Source: an uncultured bacterium
GTDB taxonomy: Bacteria; Patescibacteriota; Minisyncoccia; Phycocordibacterales; PALSA-1337
Direction: 5' to 3'
Assembly (NCBI GenBank): GCA_903839725.1
Contig: CAIMDG010000002.1
Coordinates: 305,117 to 369,116, forward strand
Length of the DNA: 64,000 bases
Part shown: in pieces, positions 34,001-41,781 of the stretch
Layout of the letters: the number at the start of each line of letters is the position of its first letter
Numbering within the stretch: the stretch's first letter is position 1
Translations under genes and position numbers: made by a program
The notes under the pieces: generated by a model
Database searches by the model: none
What the model was told of the DNA's origin: nothing
Seen by the model: only the letters and a program-made list of their open reading frames with translations

Positions 34001-34619
34001 TGATGAAGCTGATAAACAAGCAGCACTAGAAACAACAAAGTATGTATTGATAACTTTGGCAAAAGTTATGGCACCATTCACACCGTTCTTTGCTGAATTT
34101 ATGTATACAGAAACTGGTGGTGAAAAGGAAAGTGTTCACCTCGAGGAGTGGCCAGAAGCAGGGAAGGTTGATGCGAAACTTATTGCCGACATGAATATTG
34201 TTCGAAGTCTTTCTTCGAAGGGTCTTGAGGCAAGAATGAAGGCAAAAATAAATGTGAGACAGCCACTCGCAAATCTTAAATCTCAAATTTCAAATCTCAA
34301 AGATTTAGCACCGGAACTTATTGATCTCATAAAGGATGAAGTAAATGTAAAAAATATCGTATTTGAAGGAGCACTTACAACTGAAGTCGAGTTGGATACA
34401 ACTATCACTCCAGAGCTCAAAGAAGAAGGTGATGTTCGTGAACTCATCCGTTCTATTCAAGATTTGAGAAAAGAAAAAGGTCTGTCTGTAGGAGATAAAG
34501 TATCTATTACTGTCCCAGAATCAAATCGTGCCTTGGTTGAAAAATATGGCCATGAAATCAAGAAGACAACAGGTCTCATCGATATCAAGGTCGGTGATAG
34601 CTTGAGTATCATCGCGTAA
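31032..34619 (+). CDS. ileS: isoleucine--tRNA ligase carrying an inserted histidine-phosphatase domain and four short in-frame repeat insertions
   Basis: Canonical IleRS blocks: PPTANGRPGIHH (HIGH), AWTTTPWTLPGN, WGTPLPIWSCEKCH, DLHRPFIDEV..CSCGG, DVWFDSG, QTRGWFYTL, KMSKSVGN. 1195 aa is about 150-250 aa longer than typical. Confidence 0.92.
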   Translation: MSVEIPDKKPKSPNAEREERILLSWKEKDIFNKTLTKPAPKGEFVFFEGPPTANGRPGIHHLEARAFKDAIPRYKTMQGFYVRRKGGWDTHGLPVELQVEKELGLKSKKEIENYGIAAFNDKCKESVWKYVHEWEDFTNRMGYWVDLKNPYITYKSQYIEAVWNVIKTADDKKLLYKDYKVVPWCPRCGTGLSSHELAQGYEEVKDLTLYVKFKIKSQISNLKNEAQGDTYFLAWTTTPWTLPGNVALAVGKDIEYVKVKTGELLSPEASSPKGGKGVDMEAAFIRGNNKDDIYLILAKERLSVLKDVQHEIVETIKGSDLVGLSYEPLFSFLKDSVTGEQKDKLSHAFKVYAGDFVTTTDGTGIVHIAPMYGQDDFELGTKNNLPKYHLVNDDGTFKKECGFLAGRFVKEKDANGKPTLDVDVVNYLKEKGLFFAQENYKHTYPHCWRCHTPLIYFARDSWYIRMSSLRDELVKQNEGIHWEPEHIKEGRFGEWLREIKDWAISRERYWGTPLPIWSCEKCHARKVVGSVDDLKRPAKNTYYVMRHGESTGNIERVLNSSITAQVSLTDTGKEQVKKSAQALRKISFDYIIASPLVRTQETAHIVKNELGLTDSQMITDERLVELGLGPWNGKPVDDFLDAYPVASRFEKTIEGVESYVDLKKRVGGFLYECEKKYEGKTILIVTHGSPATLLVAVTQGMNHEQTISYEEEHFLGNAEVRPLQYTVFPHNTEYELDLHRPFIDEVTFACSCGGVMKRAKEVMDVWFDSGAMPFAQDHEMKSQISKIKSQNFFSKLFGKESKMLYPADFISEAIDQTRGWFYTLHAIGAIMGKGKAYRNVICLGHILDAEGKKMSKSVGNVVNPWDMMDLYGADALRFWMYSVNQPGDSKNFDQKTVDEVVKKVFNLASNVLSFYKMYEDTSQKSNLKNQIKSQNVLDQWIITRLDEVIETVTKGLDGYVFLEPTRTIRDFIADLSQWYLRRSRDRFKGDDEADKQAALETTKYVLITLAKVMAPFTPFFAEFMYTETGGEKESVHLEEWPEAGKVDAKLIADMNIVRSLSSKGLEARMKAKINVRQPLANLKSQISNLKDLAPELIDLIKDEVNVKNIVFEGALTTEVELDTTITPELKEEGDVRELIRSIQDLRKEKGLSVGDKVSITVPESNRALVEKYGHEIKKTTGLIDIKVGDSLSIIA
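31677..31703 (+). repeat. in-frame A-rich repeat copy 1 in ileS (encodes KSQISNLKN)
   Basis: AAATCTCAAATTTCAAATCTCAAAAAT. Confidence 0.6.
32655..33239 (+). other. histidine phosphatase (phosphoglycerate-mutase superfamily, branch 1) domain embedded in IleRS
   Basis: YYVMRHGESTGN (RHG catalytic His), SPLVRTQETA, DERLVELGLGPWNG, ILIVTHGSP (second His). Flanked by IleRS residues ...DDLKRPAKNT and EYELDLHRPF... Confidence 0.75.
33372..33404 (+). repeat. in-frame A-rich repeat copy 2 in ileS (KSQISKIKSQN)
   Basis: AAATCTCAAATCTCAAAAATCAAATCTCAAAAC. Confidence 0.6.
33793..33836 (+). repeat. in-frame A-rich repeat copy 3 in ileS (SQKSNLKNQIKSQN)
   Basis: CATCTCAAAAATCAAATCTCAAAAATCAAATCAAATCGCAAAAC. 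Confidence 0.6.
34271..34302 (+). repeat. in-frame A-rich repeat copy 4 in ileS (NLKSQISNLKD)
   Basis: AAATCTTAAATCTCAAATTTCAAATCTCAAAG. Confidence 0.6.
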
Positions 34620-35243
34620 ATGCATCCGATTCATACAACTCCTGGTCTTATCATTCATTCACGTCCATATGGTGAAGCGGGGAAGTTGTTGTCGATATTT
34701 ACACGTGATTTTGGTCTTGTGCTCGCGAATGCACAAGGTATCCGACTAGAAAAATCAAAGTTGCGACCATTTATCCAAGATTATTCATTTGGTATTTTTT
34801 CGTTGGTAAAAGGAAAAGAGTTGTGGAGATTAACAAGCGCGCAGAGTGTCGCTACGAATCTACAAATAAATACGAATGCCATGCCTGCGCATGCAGGAAC
34901 AAATACATCGCAACCTCATCTAGAATTGTTTGCGCGACTCGCACTACTTCTCAAGAGACTGCTTCAAGGAGAAGAACCACATGCTGAACTATTTGATGTG
35001 ATTATGTTGTGTAAGGAATTTTTGCAGAACACCATTAATATATCTGATGAACAAGTAAAAACGCTTGAATCTTTGGTAGTTTTGCGCATGATGCATTCGC
35101 TCGGATACATAGGTAAGGATATATTACTGGATGAGCATATTCTCTCAAAAGTAATTTCACTTGAATTGATCGATCAGCTCACAGGGAAGCGCGTTGTCAT
35201 GAATCAGCATATAAATAAAGCTTTGAAGGAGTCACATTTGTAA
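34620..35243 (+). CDS. recO: DNA repair protein RecO
   Basis: N-terminal OB-fold pattern GLIIHSRPYGEAGKLLSIFTRDFGLV. Start overlaps ileS stop (TAAATG). Confidence 0.65.
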   Translation: MHPIHTTPGLIIHSRPYGEAGKLLSIFTRDFGLVLANAQGIRLEKSKLRPFIQDYSFGIFSLVKGKELWRLTSAQSVATNLQINTNAMPAHAGTNTSQPHLELFARLALLLKRLLQGEEPHAELFDVIMLCKEFLQNTINISDEQVKTLESLVVLRMMHSLGYIGKDILLDEHILSKVISLELIDQLTGKRVVMNQHINKALKESHL

Positions 35244-35255
35244 TTCTTGAAGCGA

Positions 35256-35369
35256 CTCATACACCCTGTGGTGCAAGAGACTCCGTGACGAGCAAATATA
35301 AGTGCCTGAAGAATTATATAATGAAACGATATCCCGCTGGGAAGTCTCTTGCACCACAGGGTGTATGAG
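35256..35369. repeat. perfect 27-bp inverted repeat with 60-nt spacer carrying a conserved 43-nt core
   Basis: CTCATACACCCTGTGGTGCAAGAGACT (35256-35282) and its exact reverse complement (35343-35369). Spacer core GTGCCTGAAGAATTATATAATGAAACGATATCCCGCTGGGAAG recurs at 53330-53371 with about 90% identity. Confidence 0.75.
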
Positions 35370-35409
35370 CCGCTTTCAAGGTTGACTGTTTCGTAGTAAA
35401 ATATAAGGG

Positions 35410-37347
35410 ATGTCATCAGATGATCGTAGTCGTATTGAAGAACTTAAAAAGTCACTGTATTCTCGTACAGCGCCTGATGTTCGTACGCGCCGCAAACTTC
35501 ATTTCTCAGACCAAGCCAATGAAGTCAAAAAAACATGGGGTGACACTGTTGATACCCCAGTAGAAGCACCTGCTCCTGGTCAACAATACGAAGGTCATTC
35601 AATGTCTTTTTTTACTAAAATACTTATTGGTTCGATTATATTTTGTGCCATTTCTGTTGGTATTGGCGCATATCTCTTTTTCAATGGGGCGAATCTTATT
35701 TCTGGAAATAATATAGAGATAACTATCAGTGGGCCAGTTTCTATTCCTGGTGGAGAGCCAGTATCATTCGATGTGAAGGCTGTAAATAAAAATAATATTG
35801 GACTTGAAGTTGTTGATATGACCGTTGATTTTCCAGAAGGAACTATTGACCCCAAGCATCCATCACAAGAATTAAAGACCTATAGTCAGCTTATTGGAGA
35901 TTTGGCTTCTGGAGGTACTGCGCATCAGAAAATTGAAGCAATTATATTTGGTGAAGAAAATATGCAGAAACAGATCAATGTGACTTTGACCTATCAAGTC
36001 AAAGGATCTTCAGCGCTGTTCACCAAGAAACAGTCATATGATGTTCTTATCAATTCATCACCAATCACTGCTAGTGTTTCAACATTGAGCGAAATAACAT
36101 CTGGGCAAGAGTTTGATATGAAAGTTGTGGTTAAATCAAATTCTCAGCAAATACTCAAAAATATTCTTTTGAAGGGAAGTTATCCTTTTGGATATACATT
36201 CATATCAGCAGATACACAACCACTTTCTGATAATGCGACATGGAAGATAGGGGATATACCATCAGGTGGAGAACGTACGATCACCATTCATGGCAAATTG
36301 GAGGGATCTGATGCCGATAATCGAATCTTTCACTTTGTTGTTGGTACACAAGGTTCAGGTGCTGCCAATGCTATGGGAACTCAATATGTGGCAACAGAAC
36401 AAAATATCACTATTCAGAAACCATTCGTTTCGTTGAATATATCCGTGAATAGTCAGTCGGGAATTGCGGATACTGTTGGACAATTCAATAAACCTCAGAA
36501 AGTAGATATTATGTGGACGAATAATCTTTCTGTGCCAATTTCAAATCTACAAATTATCGCTAAGCTCTCAGGTACCGCGTATGACAAGACAGCTGTACAA
36601 CCAGATGCTGGGTATTTCCGTTCTATTACTGATGATGTTGTGTGGAATCAACAGACAAATCCTGAACTTGAACTCGTAAATCCTGGTGATACAGGACACG
36701 TGCGATTGAATGTTGTTCCAAAAGATAGAAGTACTTCATCAAATCAAATTATAAATCCAATACTGACAGTCGTTGTGAGTGTACTTTCGGATCGTTCTCG
36801 GGAAAATAATGTTGCCGGTAATCTTTCTTCTGTTGCAACAAAAAACATCCGCCTACCAACAAAAACTTCTCTTACTGGTCGAATTGTACGTTCAGTAGGA
36901 CCATTCACGAATACAGGACCTATCCCACCAAAAGCGGAACAGCCAACAACATATACTGTTATATGGACGATCAATAATACCGTCAACGCAATTTCCAATA
37001 CTCAAGTTACTGCAACATTGCCCCCATATGTTACGTGGCTCGGTCAAGCTTCACCTACAACAGAACCTATTACCTTCGATCAAAATAGTGGACTTATAAC
37101 CTGGAATCCAGGATCTGTTCCTGCGTATGCCAACAATACAACACTTCGAAAAGAAGTAGCATTTCAGATTTCATTTTTACCAAATGTGAATCAAGTTAAC
37201 CAGTATCCCGTTTTGGTAAATCAGGTAGACCTCAAGGCGGTTGACGGGTTTACGGGTGTAAAATTGGAAAGTATTCAAGAAAGCCTCACAACTCGATTCA
37301 GTACAGATCCTACGTATAAATCAATTCAATCTGTGGTTGTAAAGTAG
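35410..37347 (+). CDS. large membrane-anchored extracytoplasmic protein (hypothetical)
   Basis: 645 aa. TM helix near residue 70, then a long beta-rich, T/S/N-rich domain. Confidence 0.5.
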   Translation: MSSDDRSRIEELKKSLYSRTAPDVRTRRKLHFSDQANEVKKTWGDTVDTPVEAPAPGQQYEGHSMSFFTKILIGSIIFCAISVGIGAYLFFNGANLISGNNIEITISGPVSIPGGEPVSFDVKAVNKNNIGLEVVDMTVDFPEGTIDPKHPSQELKTYSQLIGDLASGGTAHQKIEAIIFGEENMQKQINVTLTYQVKGSSALFTKKQSYDVLINSSPITASVSTLSEITSGQEFDMKVVVKSNSQQILKNILLKGSYPFGYTFISADTQPLSDNATWKIGDIPSGGERTITIHGKLEGSDADNRIFHFVVGTQGSGAANAMGTQYVATEQNITIQKPFVSLNISVNSQSGIADTVGQFNKPQKVDIMWTNNLSVPISNLQIIAKLSGTAYDKTAVQPDAGYFRSITDDVVWNQQTNPELELVNPGDTGHVRLNVVPKDRSTSSNQIINPILTVVVSVLSDRSRENNVAGNLSSVATKNIRLPTKTSLTGRIVRSVGPFTNTGPIPPKAEQPTTYTVIWTINNTVNAISNTQVTATLPPYVTWLGQASPTTEPITFDQNSGLITWNPGSVPAYANNTTLRKEVAFQISFLPNVNQVNQYPVLVNQVDLKAVDGFTGVKLESIQESLTTRFSTDPTYKSIQSVVVK

Positions 37348-37407
37348 ATATTGCGTGGGTATTATAGGAATATATCAAGGTATTTTTCTATTGCTAGGTA
37401 TAATAGC

Positions 37408-37435
37408 TTGACAAATCTACTATAGGTGCTATGGT
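37408..37435 (+). promoter_or_regulatory. sigma70-type promoter TTGACA-16-TATGGT driving the GC-rich RNA locus
   Basis: Consensus -35 hexamer. A second TATAAT lies at 37399. Confidence 0.4.
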
Positions 37436-37444
37436 TATTTTATG

Positions 37445-37947
37445 GCAGGGCACTCTTGACACCCCCTTCCGGTGTTCCTGCCGTTTTGAAAGCAGAAAAG
37501 TCGCCGTTTGGACGGTCCCACGGGTTCTGAAGCAGTCTCGTTGCTGTCTGCGCAGATACTACGTCGGTCCGCCCTTCATGGCGTTGCGAGTCCGGACAAA
37601 TCCACTGGATCATCCGGTTGTTCCATCTTCCTTGTTGTTCTGGTGAAAATCAGATGGGGAGGTGGACACAATTTCCGTCTCGGTTCTCATTGTGAAAGTC
37701 ACACGCACTCATACGTGGCAATTGCAATGAGGCCGAGGCGACCAATTTGTTCTTTACATACTTTGCGCGGGGACACTTTGCTCAGGTGTCTGTCGCTGCA
37801 TCAGTTCCCACGAACACGTGTATGCGCTCGATTCGTTCACATCGCTGCGTTGGCCACATTGTGTTTGTGGGAGCCCCTTTTGTTCAGACAACATTGTTGT
37901 TTGATACCCCCCCCCGTCGTTACCAAACGATGGGGTGTTTTTTATCT
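37445..37947 (+). ncRNA. GC-rich structured non-coding RNA candidate (about 500 nt), identity unassigned (possibly a reduced RNase P RNA or another large structured RNA)
   Basis: Abrupt GC-rich island with all three + frames open and none on the minus strand. Own promoter. Ends in CCCCGTCGTTaccaAACGATGGGG plus T6 terminator (37905-37947) containing a C9 tract. Possible P4-like GAAAAGUCGCCG (37496) ... GGCGAC (37737) pairing and GGUGAAAA (37646), but the P15 and other universal RNase P motifs were not found. Confidence 0.4.
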
Positions 37948-38002
37948 AGTAATTTACGCATGACAGGTTTTCATTTTTGAGGAACTTTCCGATTTTAAGC
38001 TT

Positions 38003-39400
38003 TTGATATACAATGCCTTTATGTCAAAAGCACCAGAAACAATGGAATTACTCATCTCCCTCGCCAAGCGCAGGGGTTTTATATATCAAGGTTCAGAAAT
38101 ATACGGTGGTCTCGCAGGCACATGGGACTACGGTCCACTTGGTGTAACGCTCAAGAATAATGTGAGAAAGATATGGTGGAAGCGTTTCGTCGATGATCGT
38201 GATGATATGTACGGCATTGATGCAGCTATTCTCATGAACCAACGCACATGGGAAGCTACTGGTCACGTAGCTAGTTTTGCTGACCCTCTTGTTGAAGATG
38301 TTAAAACCAAGAAGCGTTTTCGTGCGGATCATCTTCTCGAAGATGCAGGCATTGATACAAAAGGTCTTACGGTAGCCAAGATGAATGACCTCATCAAAGA
38401 GAAAAAAATCAAGAGTCCAGACGGTAACACTGTTGGTGATATACGTCAGTTCAATATGATGTTCAAAACGCACGTCGGTGCAAATGAAGATGCAGGATCA
38501 ATTTCATATCTTCGTCCAGAAACAGCACAAGGTATGTTTGTGAACTTCAAAAACATCATGGATTCATTCCATCCAAAGCTTCCGTTCGGTATGGCACAGA
38601 TAGGTAAGGCTTTCCGAAATGAGATTGCTCCTCGCGATTTTCTATTCCGTGCGCGTGAATTCGAGCAGATGGAAATAGAATATATGGTTGATCCAAAGAA
38701 GTGGGCTGAAACCTTCGATCATTTCAGAGAACAGGTGATAGCTTTTACCAAGGATGTTGGTCTTACTCAGTCAAAGGTCCATGAATTGGAAATTGCTGAT
38801 GCAGATCGTGCTTTCTATTCAAAGCGTACAATTGATTTTGAATTTGATTTTCCTTTTGGTCGCAAAGAGTTGTATGGTCTCGCGTATCGTACGGATTATG
38901 ACTTGAAGCAACACTCTGAATTCAGTAAGGTTGATTTGTCATATTTTGATGAGGAAACAAAAGAGCGATTTGTTCCGCACTGCATTGAACCTTCATTCGG
39001 TCTAGATCGAACTGTTCTTGCAGTCCTCACTGACGCATATACTGAGGATGAACTTGGGGGAGAGAAGCGTGTATATCTCAAACTTGCACCGTCAGTAGCG
39101 CCATACAAGGTTGCAGTATTTCCACTGCTCAAGAACAAACCTCAACTCGTAGAGAAAGCTCGTGACATATTCAAGACTATCAAGAAAGTTATTCCTGAAG
39201 TTATTTTTGATGATAACGGCAATATTGGTAAGCGTTACCGCAGACAAGATGAAATTGGTACACCATTCTGTGTAACTGTTGATTTTGACACTATCGAGAA
39301 AAACTCTGGTGTTACTGTCAGAAATCGTGATACTGGAGCACAGGAGAGAGTTGAAGAGAAGGATTTGATTGAATTCTTAAAGAAATCTATTGGACAGTAG
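38003..39400 (+). CDS. glyQS: glycine--tRNA ligase (alpha2 homodimeric class II type)
   Basis: LAKRRGFIYQGSEIYGGLAGTWDYGPLG, FRNEIAPRDFLFRAREFEQMEIEY (motif 2), C-terminal anticodon-binding domain. 465 aa. Confidence 0.9.
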   Translation: MIYNAFMSKAPETMELLISLAKRRGFIYQGSEIYGGLAGTWDYGPLGVTLKNNVRKIWWKRFVDDRDDMYGIDAAILMNQRTWEATGHVASFADPLVEDVKTKKRFRADHLLEDAGIDTKGLTVAKMNDLIKEKKIKSPDGNTVGDIRQFNMMFKTHVGANEDAGSISYLRPETAQGMFVNFKNIMDSFHPKLPFGMAQIGKAFRNEIAPRDFLFRAREFEQMEIEYMVDPKKWAETFDHFREQVIAFTKDVGLTQSKVHELEIADADRAFYSKRTIDFEFDFPFGRKELYGLAYRTDYDLKQHSEFSKVDLSYFDEETKERFVPHCIEPSFGLDRTVLAVLTDAYTEDELGGEKRVYLKLAPSVAPYKVAVFPLLKNKPQLVEKARDIFKTIKKVIPEVIFDDNGNIGKRYRRQDEIGTPFCVTVDFDTIEKNSGVTVRNRDTGAQERVEEKDLIEFLKKSIGQ

Positions 39401-40034
39401 TATGAAAATAAAAAAACTCTCTCATTGTTGTATGGTTGTCGACGTCAATAAAAGAAAGATCCTCATTGACCCTGGATTTTATAGTATCGAACAGCATGAC
39501 AAGCTCGATAATATTGATATTGTGCTTATTACTCATGAGCATACTGATCATTTCCATATAGAATCACTCAAAGGTTTGATCAAGCGTATTCCAGACGTAA
39601 CCATCATTACCAATGATGCAGTAGGTGATATTCTTGCTCAACAGGGTATTACACACCACATCATGAAGCATGGTGATGTACTTGATACAAAAGATATTCA
39701 TATTGAAGCCTACGGTGAAAAGCATGCTTCGATGCATTCATCCATACCTCAATCATCGAATGTCGGATTCTTTTTAGAACACCGTTTCTTTTTCCCGGGA
39801 GACGCCTTCACTGATCCTTTGAAAGAAATAGATATTCTTGCGTTGCCAGTAGCTGGTCCGTGGATGAAACTTTCTGAAGCTATTGATTACGCTTTGAAGC
39901 TGAAGCCAAGAATGGCATTTCCTGTTCATGATGGAGTTCGTATTCCTACACAACATATTCTTCCTGAGAAGATTTTGGGGGCAAATGGTATTGAATTCGT
40001 GAAGTTGGAAGAGGGGGGAGTTGTAGAGGTTTAG
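39390..40034 (+). CDS. MBL-fold metallo-hydrolase
   Basis: LITHEHTDHFH (HxHxDH) and downstream His/Asp ligands. Confidence 0.75.
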   Translation: MDSSMKIKKLSHCCMVVDVNKRKILIDPGFYSIEQHDKLDNIDIVLITHEHTDHFHIESLKGLIKRIPDVTIITNDAVGDILAQQGITHHIMKHGDVLDTKDIHIEAYGEKHASMHSSIPQSSNVGFFLEHRFFFPGDAFTDPLKEIDILALPVAGPWMKLSEAIDYALKLKPRMAFPVHDGVRIPTQHILPEKILGANGIEFVKLEEGGVVEV

Positions 40035-40048
40035 ACTTATATCAAACT

Positions 40049-40411
40049 ATGAAAATCGAGAATTCTAAATCACTCGAATTGGCGAAACAATCTCTTAGAA
40101 AAGAAGTTGAGATAGTATTTGATAGGCCGTTAGGAAGTAAGCATCCTAAGCACGGATTTATTTATGAGGTTAATTACGGGTATCTTGAAGGAGTGAAGTC
40201 TCCTGATGGGGAAGACTTGGATGCGTACTATCTTGGAATCGATAAGCCGCTTAAAAAAGCCAAAGGTATAGTTCGTGCAGTAATTCATAGATTAGACAAT
40301 GATGACGATAAACTCGTTGTTACCCCTGAGGCTGTTATGTTGTCTGATATTGAAATTGAAGAGGCTGTTAATTTTCAAGAACAATGGTTTACACATGAAA
40401 TTGTAAGATGA
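40049..40411 (+). CDS. short inorganic-pyrophosphatase-like protein
   Basis: EVNYGY, SPDGEDLDAYYLG, IHRLDNDDDKLVV resemble the family I PPase Asp cluster. Only 120 aa. TGA stop. Confidence 0.35.
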   Translation: MKIENSKSLELAKQSLRKEVEIVFDRPLGSKHPKHGFIYEVNYGYLEGVKSPDGEDLDAYYLGIDKPLKKAKGIVRAVIHRLDNDDDKLVVTPEAVMLSDIEIEEAVNFQEQWFTHEIVR

Positions 40412-40463
40412 TGACAATTCTATTACGCATGACACAATACTCATTCTCTGTTACATTTATCCT

Positions 40464-41732
40464 ATGAATATCAAAAAAACCACTCTTCCCAATGGCTTGC
40501 GTCTTGTCACAGTTCCCATGGCCGACAATCCAGCAGTCACGGTTCTTGTCATGGTTGAAGCCGGTTCAAAATATGAGACAAAAGATACCAATGGACTTTC
40601 ACATTTCTTGGAACACATGGTTTTCAAAGGTACAACCAAGCGTCCAAAAGCTATAGAAATTTCTCGTGAACTTGATTCTATTGGTGCGCACTTCAATGCA
40701 TTTACTGGTCAAGAATATACTGGTTACTATGCCAAGGTTGCTTCAAATCGTTTCGACCAAGCACTCGATATTGTCTCAGATATGTATGTTGATCCTACGT
40801 TCAATCCTACTGAAGCTGAAAAGGAGAAGGGAGTTATTATTGAAGAATTGCGCATGTATCAAGACTTGCCTCAGCATCAGGTTCAGGATGTCTTGAATGA
40901 TCTCGTGCATGGAGATCAACCTGCAGGTTGGAAAATTATCGGTACAGAATCAAATGTGCGTTCATTTACTCGTGAACAACTTTTGAAATATAGATCAGAA
41001 CATTATGTTGCTTCGGCGACTATTGTTATTATTGCAGGATCATTCGATGAAACCACTATTGAGACACAAGTCAGTAACGCATTCTCGTCTATATCTACTG
41101 GTACTGCAAAAACAAAAGTTACCGTGAATGAGTCACAGTCAGTCCCGCAGTGTAAGACCTTGTTCAAAGAAACAGATCAGACGCATATTGCATTCGCGGT
41201 GCGAACATTTCCTATCCTCGACCCTCGAGCACCAGTTATGAGTGTACTCTCAACTCTTCTCGGAGGAAGTATGAGTTCACGTCTCTTTGCAAGAATGCGT
41301 GAGGAACTTGGTATTTGTTATTACATTCACGCATCACATAGTCCATCTACTGATCATGGTGAATTAACTATATCTGCCGGAGCTGATAATTCTCGAGTTG
41401 AAGAGGCTGTGAAGGGAATTATCAGCGAATGTATCCGTCTCAAAAATGAATTGGTGTCTGATGCAGAGCTCAAGAAAGTGAAAGATTATTTGGCGGGTAG
41501 TACACTACTCGGTCTTGAAACATCAGATGCACGTGCGGAATTCTGTGGATATCAAGAGATTTTGAAACATACCATCCAAAATCCTGTAGATTTGATTGCA
41601 AAAATTCAAGCAGTTACTGCTGACCAGATCCAGAAGTTAGCCAAAGAAGTATTTATTGATGCGGGTCTTAACATGGCAGCTGTAGGGAAGTATAAAGATA
41701 GTGAGATATTCAAGAATTTGCTCCATTTTTAG
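40464..41732 (+). CDS. M16-family (pitrilysin/insulinase-type) zinc peptidase
   Basis: GLSHFLEHMVFKGT (HxxEH inverted zinc motif), 422 aa with two domains. Confidence 0.8.
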   Translation: MNIKKTTLPNGLRLVTVPMADNPAVTVLVMVEAGSKYETKDTNGLSHFLEHMVFKGTTKRPKAIEISRELDSIGAHFNAFTGQEYTGYYAKVASNRFDQALDIVSDMYVDPTFNPTEAEKEKGVIIEELRMYQDLPQHQVQDVLNDLVHGDQPAGWKIIGTESNVRSFTREQLLKYRSEHYVASATIVIIAGSFDETTIETQVSNAFSSISTGTAKTKVTVNESQSVPQCKTLFKETDQTHIAFAVRTFPILDPRAPVMSVLSTLLGGSMSSRLFARMREELGICYYIHASHSPSTDHGELTISAGADNSRVEEAVKGIISECIRLKNELVSDAELKKVKDYLAGSTLLGLETSDARAEFCGYQEILKHTIQNPVDLIAKIQAVTADQIQKLAKEVFIDAGLNMAAVGKYKDSEIFKNLLHF

Positions 41733-41781
41733 AATCACGTTATTTCTTAGACCTGTTCCATAATCGTGTTATAATGCCCTT

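Noticed and set aside
31032-34619. Intein in ileS (or in recA or ftsK) as the explanation for extra length.
   Set aside because: The extra segment has histidine-phosphatase motifs, not intein blocks A/B/F/G (no Cys/Ser1, no terminal His-Asn). recA and ftsK have normal lengths.
35305-35330. Hammerhead-ribozyme-like core CUGAAGA-(stem)-GAAAC inside the 35.3-kb hairpin spacer.
   Set aside because: The paralogous copy at 53.3 kb has substitutions at invariant positions (CUAAAGA, GAGAC). The putative stem II (AUUA/UAAU) has only a 2-nt loop. No helix I/III partners are present.
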